This document shows positions 51,710 through 60,644 of a stretch of 64,000 bases of DNA, piece after piece. The stretch lies in contig OZ244999.1 of assembly GCA_965223265.1 (NCBI GenBank), positions 9,115,497 through 9,179,496 of the forward strand, given 5' to 3'. Positions within the stretch are counted from its first letter, which is position 1. The number at the start of each line of letters is the position of its first letter. The notes below the pieces were generated by a model that saw only the letters and a list, made by a program, of their open reading frames with translations, was not told the DNA's origin and ran no database searches. A program made the position numbers and the translations under genes. This stretch comes from Planctomycetota bacterium (GTDB lineage: Bacteria; Planctomycetota; UBA8108; SXIK01).

Positions 51710-51927
51710 ACAAGGCCGGACGGCACACGGGAGTGTGCCTGCTACTTTCGGCACACGCCCACGCACACACAAGACCGGACGGCACACGGGAGTGTGCCTG
51801 CTACTTTCGGCACACGCACACGCTCACACAAGACCGGACGGCACACGGGAGTGTGCCTGCTACTTTCGGCACACGCCCACGCACACACAAGACCGGACGG
51901 CACACGGGAGTGTGCCTGCTACTTTCA
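51710..51927. repeat. Four tandem 59-bp units, each containing a GTAG-tagged REP-like palindrome
   Basis: Units at 51710, 51769, 51828 and 51887; the minus strand reads GTAGCAGGCACACTCCCGTGTGCCGTCCGGTCTTGT (stem GGCACAC/GTGTGCC). Confidence 0.9.
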
Positions 51928-51987
51928 GCACACGCACACGCACACGCACACGCACACGCACACGCACACGCACACGCACACGCACAC
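51928..51987. repeat. (GCACAC)10 hexamer array
   Basis: Read directly. Confidence 0.95.
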
Positions 51988-52094
51988 AGACGTCCTGCCA
52001 CGGTCGATCAACCCGCGAGGAGCTCGCCGCTTTCACTTTCGCGAATTCCCTTTCGCCAGCTTGAGGATTCGCGCCTCGTGGGTGAGCTTGAACG

Positions 52095-53525
52095 CTAGTG
52101 TTTTCGTCGAGGCATGGGGGCCTCGACGCGCTTGCGCCATCGAAGGAGTTTTGCGTGGAGTTCTTGCGCCTTGTCGCGCTGAGTCTCCGAGCGATCCATC
52201 GATTCGCCAGGGTCTTCGCTCAAGTGATACAGTTCGGTCTTGCCAGTTTCGAAGAATTCGATGAGCTTCCAGTCACCACTGCGCATCGCGCCGGCAGGAG
52301 TTGTGCGCCACGTGCCCCGCTCGCTGCTCGCCTGCAGGTAACCGGGGAAGTGCCAGAACAGATCCGATCGTGACCATTGCGCCGCGTCGCCCCGCTGCAA
52401 AAGCGGCAGAAAATTTTCGCCGTCGAGCGTCACCGCGCCGCGTGGCTGGGCCCTGGCGAGGGCGAGGAACGTTGGATAGAAGTCGACGGTGGCGACTGCT
52501 TGCCGGCATTCACTATTCGGCGCAACTGTACCCCGCCAGCGGACAATGAGTGGGACGCGGATACCGCCTTCGTACAGCATCCCCTTGCCACCGCGAAACG
52601 GTGCGTTGTCCGTGATTTCGCGCCCACCGGGAATTCCTGCCCGCAGGTAGCCGCCAACGCCGCCGTTGTCGGAAGAGAAAAAGATCACCGTTCGTTCGCT
52701 CAGACCAAGGCGATCGATGTGATCAACGACGCGCCCAACGTTCGCATCCAGGTTGTTCACCATCGCCGCGTAGTCGGGATTCTTTTGGTGCCCCGACGCT
52801 TCTTTCTTTCGAAAGCGGCGAGCTAGCTCAGGTTTTGGTTGAATCGGCGTGTGTACGGAGTAGTGCGATAGGAAGACGAAGAACGGCTCGTCCTTGACTC
52901 TGCTGATGAACGCGATGGCCTCGTCGGTGAGGCGATCGGTAAGGCATTCATCCGGTGGACCGTCGGGCAGCGTCTTGCTGCGGTAGGGCACGAAATGGGT
53001 GGAGCGGCCGCGATCGGCACCGACGCTCTGTTCGAATCCCTGTGACTGCGGTGACGTCGCTTCGGTTCTGCCGAGGTGCCATTTGCCGAAGTGGCCGGTG
53101 CGGTAGCCCGCGGCGCGAAGGCTTTCTGCGACGGTCACCACGGAGGGGGATAGCTCGGTCTTGTTCTTGACCGCAACGAGACGACGAAACTCCTCCTGAC
53201 CGCGCGCTCCCGTGTTCACGGTGTAAACGCCCGTGCGGGGGGAATACTGTCCGCTCAGGAACGCGGCGCGCGTCGGCGCGCAGTTGGGCGCGCACGTGTA
53301 TCCGGCCAGAAAACGCATGCCTTCTTGGCGGAGCTTGTCGATGGATGGCGTTTCGTAGAACGTGGAGCCGTAGCAGCCCAAATCGCCCCAGCCCAGGTCG
53401 TCTGCGAGGATGAAGACGATGTTGGGTCGCTCGCGCGCGCTGGTCGCCTCCACGCTCGGCGCATGAGCCAGGAGCAGCAGAACTGTCACATACGCAACCG
53501 CCGAACGTTGGGCGCCTGAAAGCAT
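52095..53525 (-). CDS. Sulfatase (arylsulfatase A-like, secreted)
   Basis: RPNIVFILADDLG, CAPTRAAFLSG, GKWHLG, SSDNGG, YEGGIRVP. Confidence 0.95.
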   Translation of the reverse strand: MLSGAQRSAVAYVTVLLLLAHAPSVEATSARERPNIVFILADDLGWGDLGCYGSTFYETPSIDKLRQEGMRFLAGYTCAPNCAPTRAAFLSGQYSPRTGVYTVNTGARGQEEFRRLVAVKNKTELSPSVVTVAESLRAAGYRTGHFGKWHLGRTEATSPQSQGFEQSVGADRGRSTHFVPYRSKTLPDGPPDECLTDRLTDEAIAFISRVKDEPFFVFLSHYSVHTPIQPKPELARRFRKKEASGHQKNPDYAAMVNNLDANVGRVVDHIDRLGLSERTVIFFSSDNGGVGGYLRAGIPGGREITDNAPFRGGKGMLYEGGIRVPLIVRWRGTVAPNSECRQAVATVDFYPTFLALARAQPRGAVTLDGENFLPLLQRGDAAQWSRSDLFWHFPGYLQASSERGTWRTTPAGAMRSGDWKLIEFFETGKTELYHLSEDPGESMDRSETQRDKAQELHAKLLRWRKRVEAPMPRRKH

Positions 53526-53608
53526 TCTTCACCCTCCGGTCTGAGGCTTTGTTCCCGCGAAAAGAACGCGCAGCGCTCGGGTCCCCGGAAAATGGGTGAG
53601 CTAAAGCG

Positions 53609-54274
53609 CTACTCTTCGGTGAGCTCTGGGTGGCGAACGTCCTCGCCCTTGACCAAGTAGATCACTTCCTCAGCTACGTTGGTAGCGTGATCTGCAACAC
53701 GTTCAATGGCGCGGGCCGTCAAAATGAGCGCGAGGGATCGAGTGATCGTCTTTGCGTCGCTGAGCATATAGGTCAACAGTTCACGGAAGATCTGGTCGTT
53801 CAAGCCATCAACTTCGTTGTCCGACCGGATCACTTGGCGGGCTCTCTCGGTGTCGCCTTGCTTGAACGCCTGTAGACTCTCTTTCACCATGCGTGCCGCG
53901 GCGTCGGCCATGCGCGGCAAGTCCACCAGCTTCTTCAGCTCGGGTTCAGACAGCAGCAGCTCTACGTTCTCACACATGTTGATGGCTTGATCACCGATGC
54001 GCTCGAGTTCCGTGTTGATGCGAGCCACCATCAGCACGAAACGGAGATCGAGTGCGACTGGGCCGAAAACCGCCATCAGGCGAATGACGGAATCATCGAT
54101 GTCGATTTGCAGTCGATCGACCTGATCTTCCAGCTGATTGACATGCGCGATCAGACTCTTGTCTCGTTCGACAAGGGCTCGAACCGCAGTTCGGACCATA
54201 TCCTGAACGTCGTCGCCCATCGCGACGATCTTGTCTTTGAGCTCTGCAAGGGCTGCGTCGAGTTTCTTGGGCAT
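53609..54274 (-). CDS. phoU: Phosphate signalling protein PhoU
   Basis: PVALDLRF, ELERIGD, ERVADHATNVAEEVIY; last gene of the pst operon. Confidence 0.96.
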   Translation of the reverse strand: MPKKLDAALAELKDKIVAMGDDVQDMVRTAVRALVERDKSLIAHVNQLEDQVDRLQIDIDDSVIRLMAVFGPVALDLRFVLMVARINTELERIGDQAINMCENVELLLSEPELKKLVDLPRMADAAARMVKESLQAFKQGDTERARQVIRSDNEVDGLNDQIFRELLTYMLSDAKTITRSLALILTARAIERVADHATNVAEEVIYLVKGEDVRHPELTEE

Positions 54275-54366
54275 GCTACAGACTCTCCAGCTTCTGAGGG
54301 AATGATATGTCCGTTAGCGTTTCTTGGTGAATAGGGTTGAGGATCTGTCGATCGTTGGCTGCGACT

Positions 54367-55173
54367 TTACCCATACCGTCCTTCGACGTAGTTTTCCGTA
54401 TCTTTGTGCTTTGGCTTGAGAAAGAGGTCGAGTGTCGGGCCTTGCTCGACGATCTTCCCGAGCAACATGAAGATGCATTCGTCGGTCGCGCGACGTGCTT
54501 GAGCCATGTTGTGTGTGACGATGACGATCGTGTACTTGCCTTTGAGGCGAGTCATCAGATCTTCGATGGCAGTCGTTCCCTCGGCGTCCAGCGCCGAGCA
54601 GGGCTCGTCCATGAGGATGACGTGCGGCTTGAGCGGCAGCAGACGGGCGATACACAGTTTCTGCTGCTGTTCAAGCTGCAGGCCTGTGGCCTTGTGCTTC
54701 AGCTTGTCCTTGACGTCTTCCCACAGGAACACTTCTCGCAGCGACTGTTCGACGGCATCGCTCAGCGCGGAGCGCGAAAGTTGGCGACGTTCAGCGTGGG
54801 ACCTTAGCCCGAAGACGACGTTGTCGTAGATGGAGATCGGCAGCGGGTTGGGGCGTTGAAAGACCATGCCGACGTTTTTGCGTAGGGCGCTCAAGCTGAC
54901 GTCGGGGTCGTAGATGTTCTTGCCGAGGACCCGGATTTCACCGGCAGTCTTTACATTTTCGTAGCGCTCGTTGATGCGGTTAAAGCAGCGTAGAAACGTC
55001 GTCTTGCCGCACCCCGATGGGCCGATCAGGCCGGTGATGATCCCGGACTTGATCTGCGTCGTGACGAGCTCGAGCGCCTGGAAGTCGCCGTACCAGAGGC
55101 TCAATCCCTTCGCTTCCAGGCTGAACGCCTGCGATTCCGCTTGGGGTTCGGTCGGTGGCTGCTGCGTCGTCAT
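54367..55173 (-). CDS. pstB: Phosphate ABC ATPase, distal copy (degenerate signature motif)
   Basis: GPSGCGKTT, GMVFQRPNP, LQLEQQQKL in place of LSGGQ, LMDEPCSALD, VTHNM, YVEGRYG; start uncertain (55173 or 55209). Confidence 0.92.
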   Translation of the reverse strand: MTTQQPPTEPQAESQAFSLEAKGLSLWYGDFQALELVTTQIKSGIITGLIGPSGCGKTTFLRCFNRINERYENVKTAGEIRVLGKNIYDPDVSLSALRKNVGMVFQRPNPLPISIYDNVVFGLRSHAERRQLSRSALSDAVEQSLREVFLWEDVKDKLKHKATGLQLEQQQKLCIARLLPLKPHVILMDEPCSALDAEGTTAIEDLMTRLKGKYTIVIVTHNMAQARRATDECIFMLLGKIVEQGPTLDLFLKPKHKDTENYVEGRYG

Positions 55174-55180
55174 GGTCGGA

Positions 55181-55951
55181 TCAACCGAAGTTTCCGTTGA
55201 CGTAGTCATAGGTGAGTTTTTCTTTCGGACTGTCTGAAAAGATGACCTCATTCGTGTCGACTTCGACCATACGCCCGTTGTTGAAGAAGGCGGTACTGTC
55301 GCCCAGACGACGAGCTTGTTGCACCAGATTCGTTACGAGAATAATCGTGATGTTTTTTTTCAGCTCGAGCAGGGCGTCCTCGATTCTCATCGTTGTGACT
55401 GGATCGACCGCAATCGAGAACTCGTCGAGGCAGAGGATCTCCGGCTCATGGGACAGCGCCCGCGCGATCGTGAGGCGTTGTTGCTGGCCACCGGAGAGCT
55501 TCGTGCCGAGTGTGCGGAGGCGATCCTTGACTTCGTCCCAGAGCGCGGCCTGCCGCAGGCATCTCTCGACAAGTTCATTGAGCTTGGCGCGTGACCGGAC
55601 ACCCGCAAGGCGCGGTGCGTAGGCGACGTTGTCGTAGATCGACAAGGGGAGACCAACCGGAAGCGGGAACACCATGCCGATCTTTCGCCGCAACGCGAAG
55701 ACATTCTTCACCGCACTGACATCTTCTCCGTCGATGCAGATCTCGCCAGAGACCTTCGCGCCCGCGACGAATTCTATCGTGCGGTTGATGCACTTCAGGA
55801 AACTCGTCTTGCCTGAGTTCGCGGGTCCGATGATCGAGAAAACGCAGCGCGGCGGGATTTCAAGATTTACGTCTTCGAGAGCTTTTTTTTCGGCGTATTG
55901 GATGCCAAGCCCCCGGATCGAGATCTTTGAATCGGTCGTCGTTGTCGTCAT
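55181..55951 (-). CDS. pstB: Phosphate ABC ATPase, proximal copy (degenerate Q- and H-loops)
   Basis: GPANSGKTS, GMVFPLP, LSGGQQQRL, LDEFSIAVD, VTNLVQQ, YVNGNFG. Confidence 0.92.
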   Translation of the reverse strand: MTTTTTDSKISIRGLGIQYAEKKALEDVNLEIPPRCVFSIIGPANSGKTSFLKCINRTIEFVAGAKVSGEICIDGEDVSAVKNVFALRRKIGMVFPLPVGLPLSIYDNVAYAPRLAGVRSRAKLNELVERCLRQAALWDEVKDRLRTLGTKLSGGQQQRLTIARALSHEPEILCLDEFSIAVDPVTTMRIEDALLELKKNITIILVTNLVQQARRLGDSTAFFNNGRMVEVDTNEVIFSDSPKEKLTYDYVNGNFG

Positions 55952-55960
55952 GAGAAGGTC

Positions 55961-56875
55961 TTACCACTTCTTCCGCGATCGCAGGTAGACACGTAACGCA
56001 ACTGCGACACTGTTGATCGCAAGCACGAGCCCCACGAGCACGACAGCTGTCGCGTAGGGGATCGACTCCGGGACCCCTGGAACCTGTGTCGAAATTGTGT
56101 GCAGGTGGTACGAGAGCGCCATGCACTGGTCGGTCGGACCATAGGGGAAGAGGGTGTCCATAGCGATCGCCTTGTAGAAGACGGCGCCCGTGAACAAGAT
56201 CGGTGCCGTCTCGCCGGCGGCGCGGCACACTTCCAGAATGACGCCCGTGAGGATGCCGCTGAGCGAGTTGGGCAGAACGATGGTGCGGATTGTCTGCCAC
56301 CGACTGGCGCCCATGTTCCAGCACGCTTCACGAAAAGCCATCGGCACGGCGCGCAAGGCTTCGCGCGTCGCCGTGATGATCACCGGCAGTGTCATGATGC
56401 CGAGCGTCAGCGACGCCGCGATGATCGATTTGCCGAAACCGGCAGCGACTACGAACGCTCCGACGCCAAAGAGGGCATGCACGATGCTTGGTACGCCAGC
56501 AAGATTCACGACCGCTAGGTTGACGATGCGGTTGAACCAGTTATCGCGCGCGAATTCATTGAGGTAGATTCCCGCCAAGATGCCGATCGGCGCAGTAAAG
56601 ATCAGCGAGAAGAAAACCAGGTAGATCGTGCCAATGAGCGCCGGCCAAATGCCTCCGGCTCTCATGCCCTTCTTGGGAGCTTCCGTGAGGAATTCCCACG
56701 TGAGCATAGGCCAGGCATGAGCGACCATGGTGACCAGAACCGCTATCAGTGGCAGGATGATGGCCACGGCCATCCCTATGAAAACCCACTTAGCGATCTT
56801 CTCATTGCGGTGGCTGCGACGAATCGTTGTCGTCGCGGCGAAGGGGTTGTTGACTGCGGGATCAGAAGCGTTCAT
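55961..56875 (-). CDS. pstA: Phosphate ABC permease PstA
   Basis: GGIWPALIGT, LAGVPSIV, EALRAVP, RAAGETAP. Confidence 0.95.
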   Translation of the reverse strand: MNASDPAVNNPFAATTTIRRSHRNEKIAKWVFIGMAVAIILPLIAVLVTMVAHAWPMLTWEFLTEAPKKGMRAGGIWPALIGTIYLVFFSLIFTAPIGILAGIYLNEFARDNWFNRIVNLAVVNLAGVPSIVHALFGVGAFVVAAGFGKSIIAASLTLGIMTLPVIITATREALRAVPMAFREACWNMGASRWQTIRTIVLPNSLSGILTGVILEVCRAAGETAPILFTGAVFYKAIAMDTLFPYGPTDQCMALSYHLHTISTQVPGVPESIPYATAVVLVGLVLAINSVAVALRVYLRSRKKW

Positions 56876-56884
56876 TGGGATCGA

Positions 56885-57862
56885 CTACGCCTGGTCCTTG
56901 TTGCGAATACCCTTGACGATGAGGTCCGAAATCAAGTTGATCGCAAAGGTGATCAAGAAGAGGACGACACCGAGGGTGAAGAGAGCCTGATAGTGGTGGG
57001 CTTCCTCAGGGTACATTCCCGTCGTGGGGTCTGGATCGAGCCGCGAGGTTTCTCCCAGCTCCGAGGCGATCGTGGCGGTGAGCGTCCGCACTGAATCGAG
57101 AACATGAAAAAAAGGAAGCTCACCGTCGAACGGATTATTGACGGCGTGCCCGGTGGCCATGAGCACGGCCATCGTCTCGCCTACGGCGCGGCCGACGCCA
57201 AGCAGTACCGCCGCCAAAAGACCGTTTTTTGCAGCGGGAAAGAGTACCTTGTAGACCATCTGCCAGCGACTGGCGCCCAGAGCGATGGCGGCTTCACGAT
57301 AGGAGTCCGGAACGGCCTTGAGTGAGTCTTCCGCGATCGACACGATCAGCGGCAGAGCCATGAAGGCGACCACGAGGCCGCCGTTGAGTACAGTCAAGCC
57401 GACGGGAGCGCCGGTGACGTCCATGATCAAGGGGTTGAAGACCATGAGGCCGACGAATCCCCAGACGACCGACGGAATCGCCGCGAGCAGTTCGACGACT
57501 ACTTTCAGGGTCTCTTTGATTGTGTGGCTGCAAAACTCCGAGATCAGAACTGCGGCGCCAAGTCCGAACGGCACCGCGATCACCATTCCGAAGATAGTGA
57601 CGGAGAGGGTGCCGGCAACGAGCGCCAGAGTTCCGTAACGTTTGTTGATTTCCGAAGTGGGATACCACTCCTCGCTGAAAAAGAATTCGGCGAAATCAAG
57701 ATCGTGAAGGATGAATGGCCATGCTTCCCTGAAGACGAAGTAGAAGATGCCGAAGACGAAAATGATGGAGCTGAAGCCACAAAGATAGATCAATGTGACG
57801 ATTGCGCCTTCACGGACTTTCTGGAAGGTACCCAAGTCTGAGGTCTGGCTGCTCTTTGGCAT
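56885..57862 (-). CDS. pstC: Phosphate ABC permease PstC
   Basis: ELLAAIPSVVWG, AVPDSYREAAIALGA, GRAVGETMAV; start taken at MPKSS. Confidence 0.95.
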   Translation of the reverse strand: MPKSSQTSDLGTFQKVREGAIVTLIYLCGFSSIIFVFGIFYFVFREAWPFILHDLDFAEFFFSEEWYPTSEINKRYGTLALVAGTLSVTIFGMVIAVPFGLGAAVLISEFCSHTIKETLKVVVELLAAIPSVVWGFVGLMVFNPLIMDVTGAPVGLTVLNGGLVVAFMALPLIVSIAEDSLKAVPDSYREAAIALGASRWQMVYKVLFPAAKNGLLAAVLLGVGRAVGETMAVLMATGHAVNNPFDGELPFFHVLDSVRTLTATIASELGETSRLDPDPTTGMYPEEAHHYQALFTLGVVLFLITFAINLISDLIVKGIRNKDQA

Positions 57863-57957
57863 TGGAGGCGGTGGCAAGTTCACAGAGAGATAAGGAGAAC
57901 GTGGGCGGCGTGGTCTTTTCAACGCGGACGAGATCGCTCGCGATCGCGTGTCGTGGT

Positions 57958-58845
57958 TTACTTCCCTGCGAGAGGCACGTAGCCGTTCTCAGAGACAATC
58001 GCCTGCCCAGCCGGCGACATGGCCCAATCGAGGTAGGCTTTGATCTCACCCTCTGGCTCGCCGAGGGTGTACATGTGCAGCGGCCGCGCGATCGGGTATG
58101 TGCCGGACAGTACATTCTCCACCGTCGGCATGAACGCTGGCTCCCCCGAGCCCTTTGAAACGTTCACGAACTTGACGCCCTCGGTTTTGTAGCCCATGCC
58201 ACTGTAGCCAATGCCTCCCTCGGTCTTTTCGATCGCGTCGACGACGTCCTTGGAGCCGTGCATGTCCAATGTGCCGCGGCGGAAGTCACCTTTGCCGAGC
58301 ACTGCTTCGCGGAAGAACTGATAGGTGCCGCTGTTCGACTGGCGGCTGTAGATGACGATCGCGTCCGGCTCGAGTTTGACCCCAAGCTGTGACCACTTCG
58401 TAATCTTCGCAGCTTCTCCGTAGATCTCTCCAAGCTGGGCGAGCGTGATTTCTTCGATCGGGTTGTCCTTGTGCACGTAGATGCCGATGCCGTCATAACC
58501 GACAATGAACTCTTTGGGGTCCTTGCCGGTGTTGGCCTTCGCCTGCTGCGCCTCGCTCGGTTTGATGGCGCGGCTGGCGTTGGCGATGTCGACGGTGCCC
58601 GTCCTGAGTGCGGAGATGCCAACCCCAGAGCCGCCACCCGAGACCTCGATCGAGACGTCAGGTTTCACTGTGCGGTAGACCTCCGCCCAGGCTTGGGCGA
58701 GGTTCACCATGGTGTCCGATCCAGTGTTTTGGATCGAGGTGCCACCACCTGCGTTCGATCCCGCCGCCTCGCCGTCAGCGGAGGACTTGCCGCAAGAAAC
58801 CATGAGCATCGTGGCGAACAAGAGCATCAACGTGCGCACGAACAT
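57958..58845 (-). CDS. pstS: Phosphate-binding lipoprotein PstS
   Basis: Lipobox LMVSC, GSDTM, GGGSGVGI, DIANASR, SRQSNSGT, YPIARPL; GGAGG RBS. Confidence 0.95.
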   Translation of the reverse strand: MFVRTLMLLFATMLMVSCGKSSADGEAAGSNAGGGTSIQNTGSDTMVNLAQAWAEVYRTVKPDVSIEVSGGGSGVGISALRTGTVDIANASRAIKPSEAQQAKANTGKDPKEFIVGYDGIGIYVHKDNPIEEITLAQLGEIYGEAAKITKWSQLGVKLEPDAIVIYSRQSNSGTYQFFREAVLGKGDFRRGTLDMHGSKDVVDAIEKTEGGIGYSGMGYKTEGVKFVNVSKGSGEPAFMPTVENVLSGTYPIARPLHMYTLGEPEGEIKAYLDWAMSPAGQAIVSENGYVPLAGK

Positions 58846-58908
58846 GAGGAAATCCTCCGTTGAGGTCAATGAAAGGAAGTTTAAGTGCGCATGAATCTGC
58901 CGGCTGGC

Positions 58909-58947
58909 GGTGAAGCTCCTGTGAACTATGGATTAAGATTGTGTAAA
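58909..58947 (-). promoter_or_regulatory. Putative Pho box: four 11-bp-period direct repeats
   Basis: Minus strand TTTACA-N5-TTAATC-N5-TTCACA-N5-TTCACC, 64 bp upstream of pstS; resembles PhoP-type TT(A/T/C)ACA repeats. Confidence 0.75.
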
Positions 58948-59319
58948 TCCGTAACCTGCTTCTGGTCCATGTGTTAGGTGCTGGCGTGCCACATCCAAGC
59001 GCGCATCGCCCGCTGGGTTCGGAGGCCCGTAGACTTCTCGCGGGTGTCCCTCATAGCCGCATCGAAAACGACGGCGCTAGCCGAACTTGGACGGTTTCTA
59101 AAACGGAGTTGGGGAATCTCAGAGACTTAACGATTCCCATAACACAGAAGTTGTCACTACATCCGAGATGCTCGGGAGCGATGGTGTTTCAGCGGATCGT
59201 TACGGTAAGGTCTCTTCGTTCCAAACCGTTCAAGTTGGGCTAGGGTGCCCTCGCCTTTCGACGTCGACGTAGTTTCGGCGGGATTCCGGCGACGTTTTCA
59301 CCGGTGACCGAACGCGCTG

Positions 59320-60615
59320 CTACAGCACCCAACCCCGCCGGTATTCGCGTTCGACGAACTTGTCTGCCGCGCGCGTACCGACGACCTGAGCGTTCGCTGC
59401 ATCCCACTCGAGTTTTTCGTTGGCGCGATAGGCAACGTTGCCGAGCAGCGCGGCCTCGGCAAGAGCGCCGCTGTAGTCGAAGTTGCACGTTGTGGGGCCG
59501 CGAGTCTTCACGGCCTCAAGCCATTCTCGGTGATGTCCGATCGACGACGGGATCCATGGTTCGACACGCTCGATCGAGGCGCCGCCCTGCGACACGAACA
59601 CCTGGTGCGAGTTGTAGTCGGCCACCAAAAGGCCACCTGTTCCCTCGAACAGTACGCCTGACTTTAGTCCGTGCACCTGCGTCATCCACTGGCCGTGGTA
59701 CCAGGTTAGATGAACTGGCGGTTGCTCGCCACGCGCCGGGTAGTGGTAGTCGACACGCAGTGTGCTGGGAACGTCGTTGTCGCCTTCGTACTCTTTGCGA
59801 CCCTTCGCCTCGATTGTCTTCGGTGCGGTCAGATCGAGCGCCCAATGCGGCAGGTCCATATAGTGGCAGCCAAAATCTGCCAGGACGCCGCCGCCGAAGT
59901 CCCACCACCACCGCCAACGAAAATGGAAGTGGCTCGGATGAAAGGGACGTTCCGGCGCCGGGCCAAGCCAAAGATCGTAGTTGATGTGACGCGGCGCTTC
60001 AGCGCTTTGCACCCTCTTACCGGGGGTCGGACGCGCTGATCCCTGCCAGACGTGAACCCTTTCGACCGGGCCGATCACACCCGCCTTGATCAGTTCGACG
60101 ACGCGCCGATAGTTGTCCCCAGCGTGGATTTGTGTCCCGAGTTGGGTGACCGCTTCCTTTTCGCGGGCGGTGTCACGGATCACGCGGACTTCGCGTACCG
60201 AATGCGCCAAAGGTTTTTCGCAGTAGACGTCGAATCCAGCCCGGAGCGCCCAAACGACGGGGAATGCGTGCATGTGATCCGGTGTCGACACCACGACCGC
60301 GTCGAGCTCACGATGTTCTAAAACACGTCGAAAGTCCTCGTATGCGGCGGCTTCCGGAAATTCCTTCCGCGCAGTAGCCAAGCGCTTTTGATCGATATCG
60401 CAGAGCGCGACGATGTTTTCACTGGCTACGCTTTCGAGGTTGGCCTTGCCGCGCGCCGCAACGCCGATGACGCCAAGGTTGAGTCGTTCGTTTGGCGATT
60501 TCGAGCGCGCAGCTGGAGCAGCGTCGAGGGCGTTGCCGGCGGCAGCGGCCGGTGCTGCTGCTGCCACTGCGGCGGCACGGCGTAAGAAGGTTCGACGGGT
60601 TACAGGATCGTGCAT
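59320..60615 (-). CDS. Gfo/Idh/MocA oxidoreductase with Tat signal
   Basis: TRRTFL, GVIGVAARG, STPDHMH, YCEKPL, DLWLGPAP, DFGCHYMD. Confidence 0.93.
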   Translation of the reverse strand: MHDPVTRRTFLRRAAAVAAAAPAAAAGNALDAAPAARSKSPNERLNLGVIGVAARGKANLESVASENIVALCDIDQKRLATARKEFPEAAAYEDFRRVLEHRELDAVVVSTPDHMHAFPVVWALRAGFDVYCEKPLAHSVREVRVIRDTAREKEAVTQLGTQIHAGDNYRRVVELIKAGVIGPVERVHVWQGSARPTPGKRVQSAEAPRHINYDLWLGPAPERPFHPSHFHFRWRWWWDFGGGVLADFGCHYMDLPHWALDLTAPKTIEAKGRKEYEGDNDVPSTLRVDYHYPARGEQPPVHLTWYHGQWMTQVHGLKSGVLFEGTGGLLVADYNSHQVFVSQGGASIERVEPWIPSSIGHHREWLEAVKTRGPTTCNFDYSGALAEAALLGNVAYRANEKLEWDAANAQVVGTRAADKFVEREYRRGWVL

Positions 60616-60644
60616 ATCGCATCCCTTTCGAAGTTGCCGTGACG

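Noticed and set aside
51710-51927. CRISPR array
   Set aside because: The inter-palindrome segments are near-identical rather than unique spacers, and there are no cas genes; it is a 59-bp tandem REP-like repeat.
50868-52264. ORFs with poly-(ET), (SPSL), (HA/HT) tracts
   Set aside because: They are read-throughs of the hexamer arrays and overlap real genes.
53028-53042. tRNA T-loop-like GTTCGAATCCC
   Set aside because: It lies inside the sulfatase CDS with no cloverleaf; no tRNA or rRNA genes were found in the window.
59242-59254. AGGGTGCCCTCGC match to the four-helix leader core
   Set aside because: Only 13 nt, with no partner arm or downstream gene; probably chance.
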